Shown in pieces: positions 39,008 through 46,738 of a DNA stretch of 64,000 bases. The notes below the pieces were generated by a model. It saw nothing but the letters and a program-made list of their open reading frames with translations. It had not been told where the DNA came from and made no database searches. Within the stretch, counting starts at the first letter, position 1, and every line of letters starts with the position of its first letter. Location of the stretch: the NCBI GenBank assembly GCA_039809245.1, contig JBDHUP010000001.1, positions 100,137 to 164,136 of the forward strand, read 5' to 3'. This DNA is from Minisyncoccia bacterium. Its GTDB lineage: Bacteria > Patescibacteriota > Minisyncoccia > Phycocordibacterales > UBA9973. The position numbers and the translations under genes are program-made.

Positions 39008-39193
39008 TGTGGAGATGGGCTGGACCGTGAGTACACTTGTTGATCCTTACAGGATCTGTACACCTTTTCCATTCGCGATTACACTCATGAGGAAAAGGTC
39101 TTCACCTCCGCCACATAAGCAAAGCAGTTTGCTTGTTCACTCCACAATATAAAAACTCCGCTTGCGCAGAGTTTTTATATTGTGGAGATGGGC
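39008..39193. mobile_element. Small structured element bounded by 13-bp direct repeat of tmRNA 3' end (att-like)
   Basis: TGTGGAGATGGGC at 39008-39020 and 39181-39193; 19-bp IR 39140-39158/39169-39187. Confidence 0.6.
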
Positions 39194-39578
39194 GGAGTTG
39201 AACCGCCATGCAAAAGAAGTTCATAGGTGAATCTACATGTTTATCATGTTCGATTGGGTTTAAACGGGAAAGCTAGAGAACAGGCAATATACTTTCGCGC
39301 CGAGCTCTTCATTGTCGGAATTCTATGCAAGCGGTATAAAATTCGTAACCCGATTAATTATGCCTCCCCTATTTATCGGATGTCGATAAGAGAGACACCT
39401 GACCGGCTTAAGTTAAGCGAGTACAGGAGCAAAGTTTAAACCAAATGCGTTAGCAAATGGTGACTTTACTGAAGCGACTTTGTTTGCACTTAGTCTTTTC
39501 CAAGAAGTTTAGAAAGATTCCTGGGTACTTTACATGCACATCTATGAGTGACGTCCTTTGTCGAAGCCCGTCATCCCC
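39183..39578 (-). ncRNA. ssrA: tmRNA; tag ANKVASVKSPFANAFGLNFAPVLA* (39487-39413)
   Basis: GGGGATG/CATCTCC-A acceptor with G3.U70, GGTTCAACTCC T-arm, TAAGT-GCA resume context, adjacent smpB. Confidence 0.93.
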
Positions 39579-39597
39579 ATTATTCTTTTATCAAAGA

Positions 39598-40047
39598 TTA
39601 TCTTTTATATTCTCGATCGATTTCTCGATCTGTCTCGCGCTTCTTGATAGTCTCGCGTTTGTCATAGTTCTTCTTTCCTTTTACTACAGCAAGCTCTACC
39701 TTGATAAGGCGCCCCTTACTATACAACGAAAGTGGCACCAGCGTCAAACCTTTCATATTATCACTTGGAGCTATTTCCTTTATTTGCTTCTTACTAAGCA
39801 GGAGTTTGCGAGTCCGGGTTGGATCATAATCGAGTGGAGTGTTGCCAACTTGGTATGGTGGAATCTGCATATTCATAAGGTAGACTTCCCCACCACGAAC
39901 TATTGCGAATGCTCCGGCTAGTATCGCTCGGCCACTCTTTATAGACTTCACCTCAAATCCAAAAAGCTCAATACCGGCTTCGTATTTCTGTATAACTTCA
40001 TAATTAAAATGGGCCTTTCGGTTATCTATCAAGACTGTCATATCCAT
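39598..40047 (-). CDS. smpB: SsrA-binding protein
   Basis: NRKAHFNY, EAGIEL.G.EVKS, RTRKLLL, GKKNYDKR. Confidence 0.97.
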   Translation of the reverse strand: MDMTVLIDNRKAHFNYEVIQKYEAGIELFGFEVKSIKSGRAILAGAFAIVRGGEVYLMNMQIPPYQVGNTPLDYDPTRTRKLLLSKKQIKEIAPSDNMKGLTLVPLSLYSKGRLIKVELAVVKGKKNYDKRETIKKRETDREIDREYKR

Positions 40048-40140
40048 ATATTAGCATATTATCTATCCGTATTTAGGTAAAAAAATAACCGCACTCATTC
40101 CTGAGGTACGGTATTTTGTGTGGGTTGAGAAGTATTAATT

Positions 40141-40578
40141 TTAAACGAACTCTGCTTTCTTTAATTCTCTTTTTAGCATCATGGATCTTTTATCTTTTTT
40201 CGGGATATCAAACCATGGAGTACCAGTCTTTCTTGATTCATCAATCTGATCACGGTGCTTTTTATGGAGCTTATGCCAGTGTTTGTGAATATCTTGAAAG
40301 TAATACATGCCAGTTTCTTTATCTATTTTTACTGGGACATCTTTCCGGAGAATTGTTTCAGTTTCTGTATCCATTTCATCAATACGTCTACTAATATATC
40401 CAGTACAAAATAAATATTCATACTTTTGTTTTTTGGGTATACACTGATTCAAGATAACAAAAGTTATTACTAATATTGCAATAAAAATTGCAACAGGTAT
40501 GTAGTATTCGCTTAAAAATTTTCCAGTAGACTTTATCCAGCCAGCCCATTCAGTCGATAAAAGAGTTAGTGTGTTCAT
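40141..40578 (-). CDS. Hypothetical single-TM protein
   Basis: ORF with one TM segment. Confidence 0.55.
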   Translation of the reverse strand: MNTLTLLSTEWAGWIKSTGKFLSEYYIPVAIFIAILVITFVILNQCIPKKQKYEYLFCTGYISRRIDEMDTETETILRKDVPVKIDKETGMYYFQDIHKHWHKLHKKHRDQIDESRKTGTPWFDIPKKDKRSMMLKRELKKAEFV

Positions 40579-40722
40579 GATTTTCAATTTTAGTTTCTAT
40601 TTTTTATAACGCAATACTATATAAATTGCAAGTTACATAAAAACACCATCCGATTTTAAAGGATGGTGCTGTTCATGCTTGAAATTGAGGTAAGCATGCT
40701 TTGTGCTTGGTTGTAATATTTT

Positions 40723-40956
40723 TTATTCTGTCTGCTGGTTGCTTGGTCCAGCAATTTTTTTACATCCATTTATTAACCAATACAATGAGGTCAAAAATAC
40801 GAGCCCAGCTAAGAGAAATCCGAACCAGTCAGAATCTCCTGTATTTTTGTCATGTATTGATATTAAAAATATGATACAAAAAAGTGATCCAAACAACCCT
40901 GAAGCAGAAATATTTACTATTTGTTTAGGAGTTAACTCCTGTTCATTTTTTTTCAT
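40723..40956 (-). CDS. Small 2-TM hypothetical protein
   Basis: Two hydrophobic segments. Confidence 0.5.
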   Translation of the reverse strand: MKKNEQELTPKQIVNISASGLFGSLFCIIFLISIHDKNTGDSDWFGFLLAGLVFLTSLYWLINGCKKIAGPSNQQTE

Positions 40957-41054
40957 AAAACAATTTTTAATGGGTTTAGAATCCAACAATATGTTCTGAA
41001 AAATCTTGCTTGTATTATATCAGATACAAGCCGAAAAGTCAAGCGAATCAAGCC

Positions 41055-41897
41055 TTATTTTGTATAGTTCCCTACCTTTGTACGCTTTATGGAGTACGTC
41101 ACTAAAGGTAAGCCTATCTTGTCGCTTATATCTGAAACAAGCTGTCTGATATATGTGCCACTACTGCATTCGGCTACACAAGATACTATCGTATACTCTG
41201 CCTCAGCTGATTGTTTAAATACTTCGTTCCATTTAGCTTTTATATCTTCTTGTCTGAAGTCACCGTGCACTTTCGATAAACGCTCTAATATATCTTTCTG
41301 TAAATCATCTTTGGTCACAGTTCTTTGACTGATAAGTTCAAGTTTATGTATAGCAACTTCATGTTCTGGTAGGTCTTCCGGTAGTTCGTCATCCTTTGAA
41401 AGCTGGAAAAGTTGTTTCCCTCCGATAGTCTTGGATGAAAAGCTCGGGTACTTCTGTATAAAAGTCCCAACAAAAGATTCAAGTTCATATGCGAAGCTGG
41501 AGATGGATTTTGGAATGGTCTGGCCCCGCCCGTCAAATTCTTCGGTGGGGAGATCCGAGGACCTTCCAAAATCCATCTCCAGCGAAGCAGTTTTTTCCAA
41601 AGGACCAGAAATTTTATCTTCTGACGAAGCAACTTTTCCTAGTAAATCATAAGTATCAGTTTCAAATCCAACGAGGATTTCAAATTTGTATGTTTTATCT
41701 AAACCAAGATATTGATCTTTATTCTTACATTCTTCCCCGACAAGTAGAATCATCACCCCTTCAGCCATAGGGTCAAGCCGTCCAGCATAAGTCATAGGTA
41801 TATCAGCTGAAATAGAGTGCTCTTTTCGAACTTTTTCTAGAGATTCTAGGGGTGTCTCCCCTTGGTTTTTATAGGTTATGATGACATTCTCAGGCAT
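41055..41897 (-). CDS. truB: tRNA pseudouridine(55) synthase TruB-like, with about 30-aa palindrome-encoded insert
   Basis: YAGRLDPMAEG, KTY, TDTYDLLG, Q.YP.FSS, CSSGTYIR. Confidence 0.85.
   Translation of the reverse strand: MPENVIITYKNQGETPLESLEKVRKEHSISADIPMTYAGRLDPMAEGVMILLVGEECKNKDQYLGLDKTYKFEILVGFETDTYDLLGKVASSEDKISGPLEKTASLEMDFGRSSDLPTEEFDGRGQTIPKSISSFAYELESFVGTFIQKYPSFSSKTIGGKQLFQLSKDDELPEDLPEHEVAIHKLELISQRTVTKDDLQKDILERLSKVHGDFRQEDIKAKWNEVFKQSAEAEYTIVSCVAECSSGTYIRQLVSDISDKIGLPLVTYSIKRTKVGNYTK
41491..41593. repeat. In-frame palindromic element inside truB
   Basis: 20-bp perfect IR 41496-41515 / 41564-41583, inner GC stem, GCGAAGC at both ends. Confidence 0.8.
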
Positions 41898-41996
41898 ATT
41901 GCCATACTAACATAGATATGCTAGTATTCTAGCTAGGTAGGCTTAGTCTTGCTTATAAGCAAGCAATCTATTTATACTATCGAGGGTAATTATAAT

Positions 41997-42527
41997 TTGA
42001 GAGAAAGAACCAACAATCAAATAAGAGCTAATGAGATTCGTGTAATCTCAAGCACAGGCGAAAACCTTGGCGTTTTGAGTTTTAAGGAAGCATTCGCTTT
42101 AGCCCAAAAAGAAGGCCTTGATTTGATTGAAATTTCTCCAAATGCTAAACCACCAATAGTCAAAATAGCAAACTACGGCAAATACCAATATGAGCAGAAC
42201 AAGAAGCAGAAGAAAGCTAAAGCAGGAGCAAAAACAACAGAAACCAAATCTATCCAGATAAAGATAGGTACTGGCGACAATGATCTTGCTCTGAAAGCTC
42301 GCAAGGCTTCCGAATGGCTCAAGGAAGGTCACCGTATCAAAGTAGAACTTTTCTTATCAGGCCGTTCCAAGTTTATGCCAGACCCATTCCTAAAAGAACG
42401 ACTAGATAGAGTTCTCCACCTAATAACAGAGAATTTTAAAATAGCAGAAGATTATAAGAAGGGACCGAAAGGACCAACAATTACTATTGAAAGAGATAAA
42501 GGAACTACAACAACTCCAAAATCTTAA
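41997..42527 (+). CDS. infC: Translation initiation factor IF-3 (non-AUG start, exact start uncertain)
   Basis: NNQIRANEIRVI, GLDLIEISP, YGKYQYE; no in-frame ATG near N-terminus. Confidence 0.93.
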   Translation: MRERTNNQIRANEIRVISSTGENLGVLSFKEAFALAQKEGLDLIEISPNAKPPIVKIANYGKYQYEQNKKQKKAKAGAKTTETKSIQIKIGTGDNDLALKARKASEWLKEGHRIKVELFLSGRSKFMPDPFLKERLDRVLHLITENFKIAEDYKKGPKGPTITIERDKGTTTTPKS

Positions 42528-42540
42528 GTAAAAATATTTT

Positions 42541-42735
42541 ATGAGTATAAAAACAAACAAATCATTAACAAAGCGTCTAAAGGTTACTAAGAACGGTAAG
42601 ATCCTAGCGAGAGCTCCAGGTTTCAACCACTTTAATGCTAGACAGACACGAAGAAAGCAGCTAAATGGTAAAAAGATGCAGGATTTTGCTATTTCAAATA
42701 AGAACGCTCGTACATATCTTGCTAATGCAAAATAA
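42541..42735 (+). CDS. rpmI: 50S ribosomal protein L35
   Basis: KTNKS..KR.KVT..GK; synteny infC-rpmI-rplT. Confidence 0.92.
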   Translation: MSIKTNKSLTKRLKVTKNGKILARAPGFNHFNARQTRRKQLNGKKMQDFAISNKNARTYLANAK

Positions 42736-42762
42736 TTAATAATTACTATTTAATATAAATAT

Positions 42763-43104
42763 ATGACAAGAGTAAAAAGAGGAACAATGAAGAATAAGCG
42801 TCGCAAGAATATCCTAGCTCAGACAAAAGGATTTCGTTTCGGTCGCAGTACGAAAGTCGCTCAAGCAACAGAAGCACTTGCTCATGCAGGAGCTTACTCA
42901 TTTGCACATCGCAAAGACAAGAAAGCAGATGCTCGCAGTCTATGGACTACTCGTATAAATGCAGCTGTTAGACCTATGGGTCTCTCATACAGTAAACTAA
43001 TCGACGGACTAGCAAAGAAGAAAATCGGACTCGATCGTAAAATACTTTCAGACCTTGCACAAAACAATCCTGAAACATTCGAAAGAGTAGTAAAAAGTAT
43101 ATAA
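42763..43104 (+). CDS. rplT: 50S ribosomal protein L20
   Basis: MTRVKRG, LW..RINAA, LDRKILSDLA. Confidence 0.97.
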   Translation: MTRVKRGTMKNKRRKNILAQTKGFRFGRSTKVAQATEALAHAGAYSFAHRKDKKADARSLWTTRINAAVRPMGLSYSKLIDGLAKKKIGLDRKILSDLAQNNPETFERVVKSI

Positions 43105-43130
43105 ATAAAATCCTCGCTTTTGCGAGGATT

Positions 43131-43748
43131 TTATTTTTTCTTATCTTTTAAAGCCATCTCTATGACTTTCTTAACTAGATTTTTTGGATCAGTATCGAAA
43201 ACTACATGATCACTGGGTTTATTACTTTTCTCAATCATATCTTTGATTGTATCTGCCATTGTCCAATCGCCTTCTAGTACTCCGACAGTCTTACCGTCTT
43301 CAAACGCAATAGTGAACTCATGTATAGTCCCCATGCGACCACATCCAATGATGACAGCATCACAGCTACGAGTAAACAATAGATCTCTTCCGGAAAATCC
43401 AAACCCTGTATAAATAATGAGATCCATATAATCGAGTGGTAATCGATAAGTACTGACATGCTCCTTTTCATTAGCAGCTGGGGAGATTCCTATACTCAAA
43501 CCTTTCTCTTCTTTTGCTCCCATAGCGCTCCATAATGGAAAGCCAGTGCTAGCACCAGTGACTACTACCCCACCTTGGCGAATTATTTCACGTCCAAGCT
43601 CTTTAGATTGGTCAAAAGCATTCATACCACAAGTCCCAGTCTCGGCAGCTCCTGATACACCAATCTTTAACTTTAGATGATTATGCTTGTCACCATTACC
43701 CATCTGACCGTTGTAGCAAATATATTCTGTTTTACCATTTAAATCCAT
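43131..43748 (-). CDS. LOG/SLOG family protein (TIGR00725-like)
   Basis: IGVSGAA, VTGA..G, GR.GTIHEF. Confidence 0.8.
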   Translation of the reverse strand: MDLNGKTEYICYNGQMGNGDKHNHLKLKIGVSGAAETGTCGMNAFDQSKELGREIIRQGGVVVTGASTGFPLWSAMGAKEEKGLSIGISPAANEKEHVSTYRLPLDYMDLIIYTGFGFSGRDLLFTRSCDAVIIGCGRMGTIHEFTIAFEDGKTVGVLEGDWTMADTIKDMIEKSNKPSDHVVFDTDPKNLVKKVIEMALKDKKK

Positions 43749-43757
43749 AAATATTTT

Positions 43758-45128
43758 TTAGCACTCTAATATTACTTTCTCTCCAGCTTCTGGAGCGTAA
43801 GTCTTTATACCAAAGTTATCTCTTAATTTCTGAGCTAGGAAAAGTGAAGATTTTGGTTCACCCATAACAACAAAAATCTTTTTTACTGTATCTGCTGTAT
43901 TATGTACAAATTCTACCAAATTATCAGAATCTTTGTGTCCAGAATATCCACTTATCATTTCTAGGTGCGCCCGGACTGGTATTTCCTGACCTTGAATATG
44001 GACTGTACTAGCACCTTCTTGAATACGACGCCCAAGTGTACCTACTGATTGATATCCAGTTAGGAGGATGGTGTTGTTTGGATCTGGGAGATAGTTTTTC
44101 TCGTGGTGTATAATTCTACCCCCATTAGACATTCCACTTCCAGCAATAATAATTTTAGGATTTGGAGCGTGTAGTATAGCTTTGGATTCTTCTGTATCTG
44201 GAGTTTCTTTCAAACCTTCGAATTCAAATATATTATCACCCGAAGCTATTATTTTCTGTGTTGCTTCATTAAAATATTTCCCGTACTTCATATATACATC
44301 TGTTAGTTTAATAGCAAGTGGTGAATCGAGAAACATTGTCATTCTTGGGATTCTTTTCCCTTCGACAAATGAATCTATCTCATAGAGTAGCTCTTGGGTT
44401 CGCTCTAGTGAAAACGTAGGGATGATGAGTGTACCATTTCGCTTATAGTTATCTTCTATAACTTGTTCTAATTTTTTCTTTCGTTCATCTCTATGTTCGT
44501 GATTACGATCACCATATACAGATTCCATTATTAGGTAATCTGCATCAGAAACTACTTCAGTATCGCGAAGAAGTGGTGATGGAGAATTACCAAGATCTCC
44601 AGTGAAAATGATTTTCTTCCCATTATAAACTACCTCAAGCATTCCAGAGCCGAGTATATGACCTGCATCTTTATATGAAAACTGGAATCCATGATCAACA
44701 TTCAGCTTCTGACCATACTCTAGAGTCTCCCAAGAATCCATAGCTTTCTTTATATTCTCGACGCTATATATCTCTGGTAGATTATGTTCTTTGTCATGTG
44801 AAAGCAGGTGCGCAGTATCAGCAAGCATTATCTCTGTAATGTCTTTGGTTGGGATAGTAGATATGATTTTACCTTTAAATCCTTCGCTTATGAGCTTCGG
44901 AATACGCCCTATGTGATCTATATGACCATGGGTTATAAAAAGTATGTCTATTTGTGAAGCTTCATAAGGAAATTTATCCCAGTTTAGATCGTCAGCGAGC
45001 TTTTCGCCTTGGATTAAACCACAATCAATAAGAAATTTCTTACCATTACCTTCTAAAAGAAAATTTGCTCCTGTGACTGTCCCTGCTCCCGAACAAAACG
45101 TAACTGAAAGATTTGAATCGTTTGCCAT
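43758..45128 (-). CDS. MBL-fold beta-CASP ribonuclease
   Basis: THGHIDHIG, AGHILGS, TGDLG, MESVYG, YSGH. Confidence 0.92.
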   Translation of the reverse strand: MANDSNLSVTFCSGAGTVTGANFLLEGNGKKFLIDCGLIQGEKLADDLNWDKFPYEASQIDILFITHGHIDHIGRIPKLISEGFKGKIISTIPTKDITEIMLADTAHLLSHDKEHNLPEIYSVENIKKAMDSWETLEYGQKLNVDHGFQFSYKDAGHILGSGMLEVVYNGKKIIFTGDLGNSPSPLLRDTEVVSDADYLIMESVYGDRNHEHRDERKKKLEQVIEDNYKRNGTLIIPTFSLERTQELLYEIDSFVEGKRIPRMTMFLDSPLAIKLTDVYMKYGKYFNEATQKIIASGDNIFEFEGLKETPDTEESKAILHAPNPKIIIAGSGMSNGGRIIHHEKNYLPDPNNTILLTGYQSVGTLGRRIQEGASTVHIQGQEIPVRAHLEMISGYSGHKDSDNLVEFVHNTADTVKKIFVVMGEPKSSLFLAQKLRDNFGIKTYAPEAGEKVILEC

Positions 45129-45221
45129 ATATGCTCTATTATACACGAGATTATTAAAATAAACGAAAATTTAAGACTCAAAAATAAAAAATCCTTCCGA
45201 AAAATAGGAAGAATCTCTTAT

Positions 45222-45372
45222 TAGGACTATCTGATAGATATTACCATAGCCATTAAGCTACGTGGGACTATGAATAATGCAGATTTGTTCACATTAATAA
45301 CGTTACAGCACTGTATTAAAACAATTTGTCCCCTAAAATTTTGATCTAGGTAATACAAATCAAATAACCCTA
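45222..45372 (-). ncRNA. ssrS: Probable 6S RNA
   Basis: Own promoter TTGCGT-16-TATAAT (45405-45378); 5'/3' ends pair into long stem; central bubble; GGGGAC/GTCCCAC inner stem; terminator at about 45185-45216. Confidence 0.65.
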
Positions 45373-45458
45373 CCTTAATTATACGCCTCTCTCTCATCTA
45401 CGCAAGTTTTTTGGTCAAAGGGGCACATATTTGACAATATTTCAAATAAAGTCTCTAT

Positions 45459-46097
45459 CTAGATTTCAAAATTTTTCAATTCTTCAATGATTTCCGCCAC
45501 CGATTCATCATTTATGTCTTCTGGTTTAATATTTGAGTGTGAAAAAATTTGTTTTTCGATTTCTCTACCACAGTTTATTAACCTATCTCGCTCTTCTTCA
45601 TGGAAACTTGTAGTTTTATATCTTTTGTTTGCATCATTCATTCTTTCATTAAACGAAAGAACTCCATGAGGCCCTACTCTACCATCAACATAGTGGATTA
45701 ATTTCTGAATAAAATTTTCCCCTTCTTTGTGTTTACACATATAAGGAAATCTATTCTCACCTGCATAGTTTATAACCTCACTAGATTGATTAAGTTCTTT
45801 TATAATCTTGATAGTTGCTTCATGTTCATCATTTCCATACTTTTCAATAAATCCATCTTTGACGTTTTGCCAATATTCTATACCTTCTGGCTGAACAAAC
45901 TCTGGAAAATAATCTAACTTTGATTTAATAATATTACCCATATCGTGAAGCAAACAAACTCTAATAACGATATCTTTGTCTATATCAAGACTGAGTGATT
46001 CACAAATTTGTTTAGCTACTGCCGCCACTCGCAATTGGTGTAATTGTAGATTTGGCATTATTTTATACTCTTCGTATATATCTTTGATTTTCCGCAT
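45459..46097 (-). CDS. HD-domain protein
   Basis: H..RVA, LLHDMG, D.RV. Confidence 0.8.
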   Translation of the reverse strand: MRKIKDIYEEYKIMPNLQLHQLRVAAVAKQICESLSLDIDKDIVIRVCLLHDMGNIIKSKLDYFPEFVQPEGIEYWQNVKDGFIEKYGNDEHEATIKIIKELNQSSEVINYAGENRFPYMCKHKEGENFIQKLIHYVDGRVGPHGVLSFNERMNDANKRYKTTSFHEEERDRLINCGREIEKQIFSHSNIKPEDINDESVAEIIEELKNFEI

Positions 46098-46143
46098 ATG
46101 GCTATATTAGCATAAAATCCCCTTTCGGGGATTTTATTGCGAT

Positions 46144-46665
46144 CTATTTTTTATGATGTTCTTTTGTTTGAGTAAACTTATCATGAGCAGTTTCATAATC
46201 AAAAAGTTCACTTTCTGAGAACCAGTGCTTTATTTCTTCTTCAGCTTCTTTCGAATCACCAGAGGCGTGCAAGATATTTGGTAGGCCGATACCCATCTTA
46301 TCTGCATGACCATAACTCATATGAGAATAATCTCCTCGAATAGTACCTGGAAGTGCACTTTTTGATTCAGTCGCTCCAACCATTTTACGTATTACAGTCA
46401 CTGCATCAACACCTTCAAGAACGAAAGCGATAACTGGACCATTTTGCATCATTTTGACTGTTGTATCGAAAATCTTCTGACCATGACGAGTAATCATAGT
46501 TCCTATTTTTTCATAGTGGTGATGATAAAACTCTGTGTCAGGTTTTAACATTTTAGAGCCAACAATTTTTAGACCAACTTTTTCAAACCTTGCAAGAATT
46601 TCGCCGACAATTCCACGCTGTACAGCATCAGGTTTAAAAACTATAAGAGAACGTTCTGTAATCAT
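46144..46665 (-). CDS. ndk: Nucleoside diphosphate kinase
   Basis: KPDAVQRG, PGTIRGD, NILHASG. Confidence 0.96.
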   Translation of the reverse strand: MITERSLIVFKPDAVQRGIVGEILARFEKVGLKIVGSKMLKPDTEFYHHHYEKIGTMITRHGQKIFDTTVKMMQNGPVIAFVLEGVDAVTVIRKMVGATESKSALPGTIRGDYSHMSYGHADKMGIGLPNILHASGDSKEAEEEIKHWFSESELFDYETAHDKFTQTKEHHKK

Positions 46666-46738
46666 ATTTTAATATAAATAAATAATAAAGTAGGTATAGT
46701 ATACCAGAAAAACCTTAAATCGCAAGCTATTTTCTATA

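Noticed and set aside
39008-39578. Two-piece (permuted) tmRNA
   Set aside because: A normal one-piece gene with both acceptor strands is present; the extra 3'-end copy lacks a T-arm.
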